From Candidatus Multivorans sp. (GTDB lineage Bacteria > Acidobacteriota > Thermoanaerobaculia > Multivoradales > Multivoraceae), in NCBI GenBank assembly GCA_965222875.1, contig CBDCVC010000003.1, positions 706,567 through 770,566 on the forward strand: a DNA stretch of 64,000 nucleotides, written 5' to 3'. The position numbers and the translations under genes were made by a program. How positions within the stretch are numbered: the stretch's first letter is position 1; each line of letters begins with the position of its first letter. This document shows, piece after piece, positions 40,901-48,892 of this stretch. The notes under the pieces are model-generated. The model searched no databases and had not been told where the DNA came from. It was given only the letters and a program-made list of their open reading frames with translations.

Positions 40901-41575
40901 CCGGAGAACATCGAGTTGGTGGTGAAGGTCCTGGACGGCCGGACATTCAATGACCGTTACTGGGTGTTCTTTGGCGCGTTGTCCGATGTTGAGTACTGGA
41001 TCACCGTAAGAGATGCGGCGAGCGTTGGGTGGCAGACGTACCACAACCCGCCGAGGGAGGTGTGCGGGCAGAGGGACCTCGTAGCGTTCAGCGATGCGAC
41101 CGTGAGGTCGGGCCGGCAGGCCGCCGGTGGGCTCGGTCCAGGTCTACCGGGTGTCGACCTGCTGCGGATGAACGCGGTGCCGCTCGACGTGAAAGGCATC
41201 GGCCGAGCGAGCCATGAAGGCGGTCACTGCGAGGCGGGTGACTATCGGCTGTGTCTCCTGGACGGCCGCTTTTCCGTTGAGGTCGGCTTCGTCGATCCGA
41301 ACGGCGAGACCGGCCTTCAGGAGCCTGCGAAGGCGATCTCGTCGCTCGCCATGGAGAAGACCGGGTTCTTCTGGTTCTTCAGCCCCTCGAACATCGAGCT
41401 GGCTGTGAAGATGCTGGACGGCCGCGCCCTCAACAGCCACTTCTGGCTCCTCTATGGGGGCCTGTCGGATGTCGAGTACGAGATCACGGTCACGGACACG
41501 GTGACCGGCAGTGCCAAGCCCTATCGCAACGAAGCGGGAAGCATCTGCGGTGTGATCGATACAGAGGCCTTCTAG
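37934..41575 (+). CDS. Secreted multidomain zinc metalloprotease (metzincin-type HExxHxxGxxH) with several fibronectin type III domains and two tandem C-terminal Cys-flanked domains
   Basis: Signal peptide. IFAHEVGHGLGAHHD zinc motif at about nt 39008. At least four FN3-like units (VRLNWQDNATDEDGYEV, VRLTWTDNSDDERGFRV, ARLTWDDNSRDETGFEI, VELSWTG). Two about-110-aa C-terminal repeats (C.LCL.DGRF.V.V......SGLFWFF.P.NIEL.VK.LDGR..N..W...G.LSDVEY.ITV.D...G.......CG). Confidence 0.75.
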   Translation: MEALMSCFLMSRSAARRIAGIRGHLLGTARAGLLAMTAIMLVAAPVQGQRLLSLVSQAAQPVSAGAPDLPFANPSFAAQVDLDLLRSGPPRLELPTPDGRVLVAERNVFEDRGSGDLMWSGGLPGAGYDSVVLTLEGGRFVGWFHEPGGVRYRISARPDGVGRMESGFALPGREPEAVCAVGAGADRQAPVAPVRMAGALFHDPPTRVGAAQSHDALDIVVVYNPEAARNWANRGGAQAAIQSAGDYLNMVLRNGRVDVSANIVHSAQISGIDRVGRNGSGLYGASIIDQLGFHGEALRLRREHRADLVHLFTGESPWLFEACGQHYVLSRDQTAEDFSELAYGWTSNACSGDGPIFAHEVGHGLGAHHDPANGPPPVFAFRPYAFGHGNHDHIPNVGTIMSYTGQGEPYLSSVRVKPQGRVIGVAGERENERALQETIHIGVHYSDSVARLPPDAPAAPTSLQVVMESETSVRLNWQDNATDEDGYEVTFWRLGQDEATRPLEGRTTAVVDLPVADAGARYFFWVNAVRGETDSARSSTVTLVTPGAEPAAPSGLMWQPVPVEDPARMGTNSARVTWVDDSDDDAYLFEVHLLSDGQLLRRSYVSGNADSTVISRLAPGRRYQVRVYALGPGGISRSSELLGLLSPAAPGPRPVMNLTASADSASSVRLTWTDNSDDERGFRVLALVSGWFGLFEAEAGSESIEIDGLARGGSYVFFVWPYNDAGPGDRIGVALPLETAGRGPAAPTKLRWGVSGGVARLTWDDNSRDETGFEIQSRPDYETQDTVVVGGGRWTRVAMAPTGARSFDLDRSEEVDYRVFAYNETGFSKSSNTVRGNPFQDPDPPPAEDGRLTAIPSGETSVELSWTGRWTRAARGTLSIEARNPASGWVEVAAAAPTLGNTVVTGLEAETPYTFRLRAGRADYSEDVSVTTGAFEGACREGSGYLCLRDGRFEVRVHWSKPDSVGEYGLGTAVPVDVSDESGLFWFFEPENIELVVKVLDGRTFNDRYWVFFGALSDVEYWITVRDAASVGWQTYHNPPREVCGQRDLVAFSDATVRSGRQAAGGLGPGLPGVDLLRMNAVPLDVKGIGRASHEGGHCEAGDYRLCLLDGRFSVEVGFVDPNGETGLQEPAKAISSLAMEKTGFFWFFSPSNIELAVKMLDGRALNSHFWLLYGGLSDVEYEITVTDTVTGSAKPYRNEAGSICGVIDTEAF

Positions 41576-41616
41576 TCGACACCGACGCCTCTTCGAAGTC
41601 GCACGATCCCTCTACA

Positions 41617-42102
41617 TTGACGATGGACGAGGACACGTACCGAGGCTTGATCGGCCGCTTCGCCACCGGCGTGACGGTGGTGACGACGAACGTCGGCGGC
41701 TGCCTTCACGGGATGACGGCGAATGCAGTCTGCTCGCTTTCGCTCGAGCCGCTTCAGCTACTCGTCTGCGTCGACCGAGAGTCGAACTGCTACGTGCAGA
41801 TGCTGGAGGCGGGGGCTTTCGGCGTCAGCGTTCTCGCGGCCGACCAGGAGGGTATCTCGAACCGGTTTGCTCGCACCACAGAACCCACGGAAGGCTCGTT
41901 GCTGGGTGTCGACTACCGGCTCGGCAGTCTGGGTGAGCCCCTGATCGAGAACGCGCTCGTCCACCTGGAGTGCCGGGTCGCGGAGCGTATCTGTGGCGGC
42001 GACCACATCATCGTGATCGGTGACGTGGTGGCCGGTAGGCAGGTGCGGGATGCCGAACCGCTGCTCTTCTACGGCGGCCGCTACGCGAGATTGTCCGGTT
42101 GA
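41617..42102 (+). CDS. Flavin reductase family protein (HpaC-like, FMN-binding split barrel)
   Basis: FATGVTVVTT...GMTANAVCSLSLEPLQLLVCVD...VHLECRV pattern. Confidence 0.85.
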   Translation: MTMDEDTYRGLIGRFATGVTVVTTNVGGCLHGMTANAVCSLSLEPLQLLVCVDRESNCYVQMLEAGAFGVSVLAADQEGISNRFARTTEPTEGSLLGVDYRLGSLGEPLIENALVHLECRVAERICGGDHIIVIGDVVAGRQVRDAEPLLFYGGRYARLSG

Positions 42103-42131
42103 GCTCGTCCGGGTCGGGCTGAACGTTGTCG

Positions 42132-43286
42132 TCAGGCCACCAGCGGACAGCTCGGGTCGAACGCCCGGTCGACCGCGGCCAGGTCGACGATCGCCTCTCT
42201 GATCACCTCGGGGGGCGTTGCGCCCTGCTCGATCCGACGCAGCCACTGCATCGCCGGGTTGCCCTGTTCGAGGATCTCCTCGATCGGGCCGAGAAGGGCG
42301 CCGAAGCCATGGCGGTGGGCGGTCTCGCGGGCGCTCTCGAGCATCGATGCGGCCCAGTCCCGGAACGTGACGGTGCTGCCGTCGACCCAGTTCGTGCCCT
42401 CCGCTTCGAGGCTCGCGGCGCCCGCGGCGCGTTCATTGGCGGCGGCGAGCTCTTCCAGCTCGCGCGACGACCGTCCGCGCAGGGGATCGAGTTTCGGCCG
42501 CTCCAGGACCTGCCACACCCGTGCCTCGTAGAGAGCGGTGACCGCCTGCAGGATGTCCGGTTCGCTGATCCGGTCGCAGATCCTGAGTTCCAGGCGATCC
42601 AGAACCCTGGGCGTCGCTGGTCCGTTCGGCCGGATGCCGAGCCAGAGGTGACGCCGATTCTGCATCGCGCCGGTCTCGAGCTGTTCGTCCATCCAGGTGG
42701 CGAACGATGCGGCGTCGGGGAAGAAGGGAACCCGCTCCGGGGTCAGGGGGAAGCGCAGCCAGCGCGCCGAGTGCTGCCCGGTGGTCTCGCCCGCCAGAAA
42801 GGGCGACGCCGCGGTCAGGGCGAGGAACAGCGAGGCCTCGAGCCGCAGGACCCGGTAGGCGCGCAGCAACTCCTCCGGGTCGTCTACGCCTAAGTTGATG
42901 TGCGTCGAAGCGGTGACGACACGGGTGCCGTAGGTGTCGCGGATGTAGCGGTAGTACGAGTTCGCCGGATCCGAGAGGTAGAAGGAGTCGGGATCGGCCA
43001 GGGCCAACGCGCCTCCCGGCACCAGGGTGCAGCCATGCTTTGCCTCCAGGTAGCGCCTGAGCGCGCACCGCTTCGCCATCAGGCGGTCGACGAGGACCTG
43101 GTAGTTGCGGTAGGGAGCGGTCGTGAACTCGACGTTGCGGCCGTCCGGCTCTGTTGTGTAGCCGTCCAGGGCGGCCTTCACGTGCGGCGAGAGCGGCAGC
43201 ACGTGGCCGTCGGGGGTGCCGGTGTAGACCTCTTCCTCGAGGCCCTTCAGCAACTGACGATGCAACGAATGGTGGTCGGCGGTCAT
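42132..43286 (-). CDS. Carboxylate-amine ligase, glutamate-cysteine ligase family 2 (YbdK-like)
   Basis: C-terminal 385 aa of ORF 42132..45440 from MTADHHSLHRQLLKGLEEEVYTG...NYQVLVD...HINLGV match GCS2. The upstream 700 codons of that ORF are high-GC artefact overlapping real + strand genes. Confidence 0.85.
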   Translation of the reverse strand: MTADHHSLHRQLLKGLEEEVYTGTPDGHVLPLSPHVKAALDGYTTEPDGRNVEFTTAPYRNYQVLVDRLMAKRCALRRYLEAKHGCTLVPGGALALADPDSFYLSDPANSYYRYIRDTYGTRVVTASTHINLGVDDPEELLRAYRVLRLEASLFLALTAASPFLAGETTGQHSARWLRFPLTPERVPFFPDAASFATWMDEQLETGAMQNRRHLWLGIRPNGPATPRVLDRLELRICDRISEPDILQAVTALYEARVWQVLERPKLDPLRGRSSRELEELAAANERAAGAASLEAEGTNWVDGSTVTFRDWAASMLESARETAHRHGFGALLGPIEEILEQGNPAMQWLRRIEQGATPPEVIREAIVDLAAVDRAFDPSCPLVA

Positions 43287-43418
43287 GGGTAACTCAGGCG
43301 CAGCACGGGCAGCTGCCAATCCGTGAAGCGCTGAGCGACGGAGGGGCCGCGGCGCCGGTTGAGGCGCGATTCTAGCAATTGCGGCAAAGACGTTATCGAC
43401 GTTGCTACGATCGGCCTC

Positions 43419-43690
43419 ATGGAGATACGGGGCAGGACGTGCGTCGTCACCGGCGGCGCGAGTGGCATCGGCAGGGCGCTTTGCTGCCGATTCGCGGCCG
43501 ACGGCGTCAGGGGAGTCGTGGTCGCCGACCGCGACGGCGAGGGCGCCGCGGCGGTGGCGAGTGAGATCGGCGAAGGAGCAATCGCCGTGACCGTCGCCGT
43601 GGCGGTGGAGGAACAAGTGCAGGAGATGGTCGCGCAGGCCGAGGCGGCGTTCGGCGACATCGACCTGATGTTCTCCAACGCCGGTCCGCG
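43419..43690 (+). pseudogene. Truncated short-chain dehydrogenase/reductase (N-terminal about 90 aa only)
   Basis: MEIRGRTCVVTGGASGIGRALCCRFAADG...GDIDLMFSNAG gives the Rossmann TGxxxGIG and NNAG motifs. The frame then degenerates and runs into the convergent membrane-protein gene. No catalytic YxxxK part. Confidence 0.45.
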
Positions 43691-43711
43691 AGCGCTCCGA
43701 CGGGAGCGCTG

Positions 43712-44110
43712 CTACTGCTCTTCCGAGCCGCCGAGCAGGCTGGCGCCCAGGTGGGCGCTGGGCAGGAACAGGAGGATGCCGACGACCCAGAACCAGAGCG
43801 GGGACGGGATCGTGGCCATGTTGTAGATCCCGGCGATGAGAAAGAAGGCGCCGACGATCAGGGCCAACCGCCGCTTCGCCTGCCGCGCGATGCGCGCCGC
43901 CGTTCCGCCGCCAATGAACGCGCCGGCGGCCCAGGCGATGAGGACGAAGGCCATGTTCACGGCCGGAATGTCGCCCGGTTCGATCAACGCCCGGTCGGTC
44001 GGCACCCCTTCGGGCAGCGGAAGCAGCGTGGTCGCCGCGATCTGAACGATGCTGATCACGATGCCGCCGGCGATCAGGCCAGCGGGAACGGCGAGGACGA
44101 TTCTCAGCAT
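43712..44110 (-). CDS. Hypothetical small integral membrane protein (4 predicted TM helices)
   Basis: 132 aa, strongly hydrophobic (MLRIVLAVPAGLIAGGIVISIVQIAATTLL...IVGAFFLIAGIYNMATIPSPLWFWVVGILLFL). No family recognised. Confidence 0.45.
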   Translation of the reverse strand: MLRIVLAVPAGLIAGGIVISIVQIAATTLLPLPEGVPTDRALIEPGDIPAVNMAFVLIAWAAGAFIGGGTAARIARQAKRRLALIVGAFFLIAGIYNMATIPSPLWFWVVGILLFLPSAHLGASLLGGSEEQ

Positions 44111-44228
44111 GCTTTTGGTAGTTCCATAGCCCCTGAGGTCCTCTGGCGACCCGCCGGATTCCGTGACGCTCGGGGCGAGTGAGAACTATACTGCCCGGCT
44201 CACGACTGGAGTCCGAGGAGTCTTGCCG

Positions 44229-45152
44229 ATGAAGCTCGCCGTTGAGTTCCCGAGTGTGGTGTACAGGGAAGGGCCGGAGGCCGTCGCCCGTCTGGCCGGG
44301 GCGATGGACGAGATCGGTTTCGATCAACTGGACATCTTCGATCATGTGGTGATGGGCCACGACACCGAGGGCCGGGAGAGAAACCGCTACCCGGCCAAGA
44401 TGCCGATCATGGAGGCGTTGGCCACCCTCGGATACATGGCGGCCTGCACCTCGCGCATCGGGCTCGGCACCGAGGTGCTGGTCCTGCCGCAGCGCGATCC
44501 GGTCTTGACCGCGAAGCAGGCGTCGACCCTGGATACGCTCTCCGGTGGCCGGCTGCGCCTGGGTCTCGGGGTCGGTTGGCAGGAATCCGAGTACGAGGCG
44601 ATGGGGCAGGACTTCCACAACCGCGGGCGGCGCATGGACGAGGCGATCGCGGTGCTCCGCACCTGCTGGGGTCAGGACCCGATCGACTTCGAGGGTGAGT
44701 TCTACCGCGTGGAGGCGATGGCGATGGAGCCGAAGCCGCCGCGCGGAGCGGACATACCGGTCTGGATCGGAGGCCACAGCGAGGCGGCGTTTCGCCGTGC
44801 AGGCCGGTTCGGCGACGGCTGGATGGGTGTCGCCTCGAAAGAGCTGTTCGAGAACGGAGATCAGGCCATCGCCTCGATCCGCGGCTACGCGGAGAAGGCC
44901 GGTCGCGATCCAGAGGCGCTCGAGTTCCAGGCCCAGGTCTCGCCGCCGCCGCGACCGGGGAACGAGGGCGACCGCACCTTCTACACCGAGCCGGACCGCG
45001 TCGCCGCGGCGGCCGCGAAGCTGTGCGAGTTGGGGTTCGACGGTGTGGCGCTCAACCTGACCGGCCTCTTCCTGGCCGGGGCCCGCAGCGTCGATGCGAT
45101 GATCGACGGCGCGGGCGCCCTCCACGACAAGCTGCGGGCCGAGCTGGGCTAG
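44229..45152 (+). CDS. LLM-class (luciferase-like) flavin/F420-dependent oxidoreductase
   Basis: MKLAVEFPS...RIGLGTEVLVLPQRDPVLTAKQASTLDTLSGGRLRLGLGVGW is the LLM TIM-barrel signature. ATG at 44229. Confidence 0.8.
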   Translation: MKLAVEFPSVVYREGPEAVARLAGAMDEIGFDQLDIFDHVVMGHDTEGRERNRYPAKMPIMEALATLGYMAACTSRIGLGTEVLVLPQRDPVLTAKQASTLDTLSGGRLRLGLGVGWQESEYEAMGQDFHNRGRRMDEAIAVLRTCWGQDPIDFEGEFYRVEAMAMEPKPPRGADIPVWIGGHSEAAFRRAGRFGDGWMGVASKELFENGDQAIASIRGYAEKAGRDPEALEFQAQVSPPPRPGNEGDRTFYTEPDRVAAAAAKLCELGFDGVALNLTGLFLAGARSVDAMIDGAGALHDKLRAELG

Positions 45153-45775
45153 GCCGACTCGTCCCGGTTGCGGCGCCACTGCCGGTAGGCGCCGATCATC
45201 AGCCAGGCGCCGGCCGCGAGCAAGCCGAGGGGCCAGAACTCCCACACGCGGTCGATGTCGTAGCCGAACGTGTGGTCGAGCAGGGCCAGGAAGCCGATGA
45301 CGAACAGGCCGGCGCCGGCCAGGAGGCCGAGCTGGCCGTTGGCGGGCGGCTTCGGGGTGTCCTGCAGACCCAGGTCGGTACCGTGGCCGAGTTCGATCAG
45401 GGTGGCCTGCCGGTAGGCGTCGATGATGTTGAAGAGCCACACGAAGGCCACGACCATGCCCATCACCCCCTCCTCGGTGGCGAGGTAGATGGAGCCGACC
45501 GCGAGCAGGAAGAGCACGATGCCCCGCTGGTAGAGGCCGTTGTAGATGTGGCCAAGTCCGGGGAAGAGGGCGAGGATCACGCTCACGACGTGGCGGGCGG
45601 TGAGGCTTCCCTGGGCGGGCGCCGGCGGCGGCGGTTCTGGGGGCGGCGCCGCCTGCCCGGAGGCGTCCTGCGGCGGTGGAGGCGGCGGAGCGTCCGCTAC
45701 CGGGGCGGGCTCATGGCCGGCAGTCTCCGTGCCCTCGGTCTGCGACGGGTCCTGTTCGTGCTCGACGTTCATGCG
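45149..45775 (-). CDS. Hypothetical membrane protein with Pro-rich N-terminal region
   Basis: MNVEHEQDPSQTEGTETAGHEPAPVADAPPPPPPQD...PPEPPPPAPAQ followed by 4 TM helices (ILALFPGLGHIYNGLYQRGIVLFLLAVGSIYL...). Confidence 0.5.
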   Translation of the reverse strand, partial: RMNVEHEQDPSQTEGTETAGHEPAPVADAPPPPPPQDASGQAAPPPEPPPPAPAQGSLTARHVVSVILALFPGLGHIYNGLYQRGIVLFLLAVGSIYLATEEGVMGMVVAFVWLFNIIDAYRQATLIELGHGTDLGLQDTPKPPANGQLGLLAGAGLFVIGFLALLDHTFGYDIDRVWEFWPLGLLAAGAWLMIGAYRQWRRNRDESA

Positions 45776-46467
45776 GAACTCCTCTCCTGGTGGGTCTGCG
45801 TGCGGTTTCGAGTCGTTGGCGGTGGTTTGTCGTCGCTGCCGGAATCGCTGAGCGGCCATAGACCGGCCAGCTCACGGAAGGCCCCGGACGACGAGTCGAC
45901 GGCGCCCTGGAACCAGGCCCGGACGCGGTCGGTGGGAAGATCCAGCGGTTCGGCGAAGAACCCGGCCGGGCGCCAGAGTCCCTGGAGGGCGCCAAGGCGC
46001 CGGCTCAGGCCCGCCTGCACCGATGCACCGGCGTCCGCAGCCGGTTCGAGCAGGTGCTCGCCGGCCGCCGCGCCCAGGTTCGTCGCGGCCGTGCGGCCCG
46101 CGGCGACCGGGTCGCCGAGGACGAGGGTGAGGGCGACCGCGAGCAGGTAGCTGGCGGCGAGTGCCATGCCGGTTCCGGGTAGGTTGGCGAAGACCGCGGA
46201 CCGGCGAGCCGGGCTGCGCGCGGGGATCTCGCGGAGCCGCTGCATCAGGGCCGGCGACGGTTCGAGTTCGGACCAGACCAGCGATTCCAGCTCCGGGGCG
46301 CGCGCCTCGCCGTCGCGGTCGTAGGAAGCGCCGACAGCGATCTCGAGCAGCCCGGCGCGGAGTTCGTCGGAGATCGGGAGGTCGGCGCCGAGTTCGCCGA
46401 TGCCTGGCATCCGTTCCAGGGGCGCCGTTCCCGGACGGGTATCCGTGTGCTGGCGCTCGCTGCTCAC
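45769..46467 (-). CDS. Putative anti-sigma factor (single TM) cognate to the upstream ECF sigma
   Basis: GTG start (complement 46467-46465) overlaps the sigma-factor stop in a GTGA arrangement. Single TM helix (MALAASYLLAVALTLVL) and a position typical of RseA-like anti-sigmas. No strong sequence family call. Confidence 0.5.
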   Translation of the reverse strand: MSSERQHTDTRPGTAPLERMPGIGELGADLPISDELRAGLLEIAVGASYDRDGEARAPELESLVWSELEPSPALMQRLREIPARSPARRSAVFANLPGTGMALAASYLLAVALTLVLGDPVAAGRTAATNLGAAAGEHLLEPAADAGASVQAGLSRRLGALQGLWRPAGFFAEPLDLPTDRVRAWFQGAVDSSSGAFRELAGLWPLSDSGSDDKPPPTTRNRTQTHQERSSA

Positions 46468-47081
46468 TTGTAGGCCCCGCTGCGGGTCGGAGTGGGATCG
46501 CCAAGGGCTCGCCGCCTGCGGTCGATCCGGCGCATGAGCTCCAGACGCGCGCGCCTCAGGCGGGACTTCATCGTTCCCTCGGGCAGGTCGAGGAAGGCGC
46601 AGATGTCGGCGTAGCTCAAGCCCTGCAGATCCCGCAGCATGAGGATCTCGGCGAACGCCTCCGGCATCTTCTCGAGCGTCTGGTAGACCATGCGCAGCCG
46701 TTCGCGCCGTTCGGCGCGTGCCGCAGTGTCCATGCCGCCGGCCTGGTGCTTCAACAACTCCTCTGAGACGACCACGGTCCGTCGCTCGGTGCGTGTCCGG
46801 CGGTAGTGGTCGACGCACAGGTTCCGCGACAGCCGAAGCGTCCAGCCGGCGAGCGGCACGTCGCCCCGGTAGCGGCCGAGGTTGCGGTAGAGCTTCAGGA
46901 AGATCTCCTGGGTCAGGTCCTCGGCCTCCGCGGTGTTGCCGGCGAACTGGAAGGCGATGTTGTAGATGCGGCGGCCGTAGCGTTCGATCAGTTCGGTCCA
47001 GGCGTCGGCATGGCCGGCAGCGGCCCGCCGGGCCAGGAACAGGTCGGGATTCGGGCCCGGAGTTTGTGGCGAAGTCGTCAT
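46464..47081 (-). CDS. ECF (sigma-70 group IV) RNA polymerase sigma factor
   Basis: Region 2 ([30 protein letters not shown]...[25 protein letters not shown]) and region 4 ([25 protein letters not shown]). Confidence 0.85.
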   Translation of the reverse strand: MTTSPQTPGPNPDLFLARRAAAGHADAWTELIERYGRRIYNIAFQFAGNTAEAEDLTQEIFLKLYRNLGRYRGDVPLAGWTLRLSRNLCVDHYRRTRTERRTVVVSEELLKHQAGGMDTAARAERRERLRMVYQTLEKMPEAFAEILMLRDLQGLSYADICAFLDLPEGTMKSRLRRARLELMRRIDRRRRALGDPTPTRSGAYK

Positions 47082-47232
47082 CGGGGTCTGTTCAGGAAGA
47101 CGTATGCCGGCACGCCCGGGTTGCATCTGCGCGCCCGATGACGGGCGGACGGATCGCGCCACGCGGGTGGCAACCACGCGGATGCTGCATAATCCCGGTC
47201 CGCCGGGCGCCGGGCGCTTCGGCGGAATCGCC

Positions 47233-48888
47233 ATGCCGGAACGACGACGCATCCTGGTCACGAGCGGCCTGCCCTACGCCAACGGTCCGATCCACATGGG
47301 CCATCTGGTGGAGGCGGTCCAGACGGACATCTGGTGCCGCGTGCAACGGATGCGCGGTCACGAGTGCTACTACGTCTGCGCCGAGGACGCGCACGGCACG
47401 CCGATCATGCTTCGCGCCGAGCGGGAAGGAATCACGCCGGAGGAACTCATCGTCCGGCTGGCGGACGAGCATCTGGAGGACTACAGAGCGTTCCAGGTTC
47501 ACTTCGACAATTTCTACACGACCCACTCTCCGGAGAACCGGGAACTGGTGGAGGGCATCTACGGCCGTCTGCGCGACCGGGGTTCCATCGACCGCCGGAC
47601 GGTGCGGCAGTTCTACGACCCGGAACGAGAGATGTTCCTGCCGGACCGCTTCGTCAAGGGTGCCTGCCCGCGGTGCGGGTCGAAGGACCAGAACGGCGAC
47701 AGTTGCGACGAATGCGGCTCGACCTACACGCCGGCGGACCTGATCGACCCGCGCTCGATCGTCACCGGCGCGCTGCCGGTCGAGCGGGAGTCCGAGCACT
47801 TCTTCCTGCGCCTCTCCGACTACCGGGAACTGCTCCTGGAGTGGGTCGGGGACGGCCGCCTGCAGGCCGAGGTCGTCAACAAGCTCCGCGAGTGGTTCGA
47901 CGACGGACTGCGGGACTGGGACATCTCGCGCGACGCGCCGTACTTCGGCTTCGAGATCCCGGACGCGCCGAACAAGTACTTCTACGTCTGGGTCGACGCG
48001 CCTATCGGCTACATGGCGAGCTTCCGCCAGTTCTGCGACCGCCGGGGCATCGCCTTCGACGACTTCTGGGGTCCGGACAGCGACGCCGAGCTGTACCACT
48101 TCATCGGCAAGGACATCCTCTACTTCCACTGCCTGTTCTGGCCGGCCATGCTTCACGGCGGCGGCTACCGGACGCCGTCCTCGGTCTTCGTTCACGGCTT
48201 CCTGACCGTCGACGGCGCCAAGATGTCCAAGTCGCGCGGCACGTTCGTGATGGCGCGCACGTACCTGGAGCATCTCGATCCGGAGGCGTTCCGCTACTAC
48301 ATCGCCGCGAAGTTCAGCAAGGGCCTCGCCGACATCGACATCAACCTCGAGGACTTCGTTCTGCGCGTCAACTCGGATCTGGTCGGCAAGGTGGTCAACA
48401 TCGCCAGCCGCTGCGCCGGGTTCCTGCACCGTCAGTCAGGCGGCCGGATGGCGGCGTCGCTGGACGCCCCCGAACTCGCGGCGGCGGCCGCCTCCCAGGC
48501 GGAGGAGATTGCGGAACTCTACGAGGGCCGCGACTACAACCGGGCCCTGCGGCGTGTCATCGCCATGGCGGACCGGGCGAACCGCTACATCGACGACCGG
48601 CGACCCTGGGAACTGGCGCGTGATCCGGAGCGCGCCGCCGAGGTCCAGACGGTGTGCACCACGGGCATCGAGCTGTTCCGTCAGTTGATCGTCTATCTCA
48701 AGCCGGTCGTGCCGACGATCGCGGCCCGGGCGGAGAGCTTTCTGGGCATCGACCCGCTGGTCTGGGATGATGTCCACACGCCCCTGGTGGACCACAAGAT
48801 CCTGCCCTTCAAGCCCCTGATCACCCGGGTGCAGCCGGAGCATGTGGCCGCGATGATCGCCGCCTCGGGTGAGGGCGACGCCGGGTGA
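47233..48888 (+). CDS. metG: Methionyl-tRNA synthetase (short form without C-terminal tRNA-binding domain)
   Basis: [18 protein letters not shown] (HIGH), zinc knuckle [23 protein letters not shown] ([11 protein letters not shown]). Confidence 0.95.
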   Translation: MPERRRILVTSGLPYANGPIHMGHLVEAVQTDIWCRVQRMRGHECYYVCAEDAHGTPIMLRAEREGITPEELIVRLADEHLEDYRAFQVHFDNFYTTHSPENRELVEGIYGRLRDRGSIDRRTVRQFYDPEREMFLPDRFVKGACPRCGSKDQNGDSCDECGSTYTPADLIDPRSIVTGALPVERESEHFFLRLSDYRELLLEWVGDGRLQAEVVNKLREWFDDGLRDWDISRDAPYFGFEIPDAPNKYFYVWVDAPIGYMASFRQFCDRRGIAFDDFWGPDSDAELYHFIGKDILYFHCLFWPAMLHGGGYRTPSSVFVHGFLTVDGAKMSKSRGTFVMARTYLEHLDPEAFRYYIAAKFSKGLADIDINLEDFVLRVNSDLVGKVVNIASRCAGFLHRQSGGRMAASLDAPELAAAAASQAEEIAELYEGRDYNRALRRVIAMADRANRYIDDRRPWELARDPERAAEVQTVCTTGIELFRQLIVYLKPVVPTIAARAESFLGIDPLVWDDVHTPLVDHKILPFKPLITRVQPEHVAAMIAASGEGDAG

Positions 48889-48892
48889 GGGC

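Noticed and set aside
43287-45440. Upstream 700 codons of the 1102-aa minus-strand ORF 42132..45440.
   Set aside because: Only the last 385 codons (from MTADHH...) match the GCS2 ligase family. The remainder overlaps real + strand genes (SDR fragment, LLM oxidoreductase) and is composition-driven.
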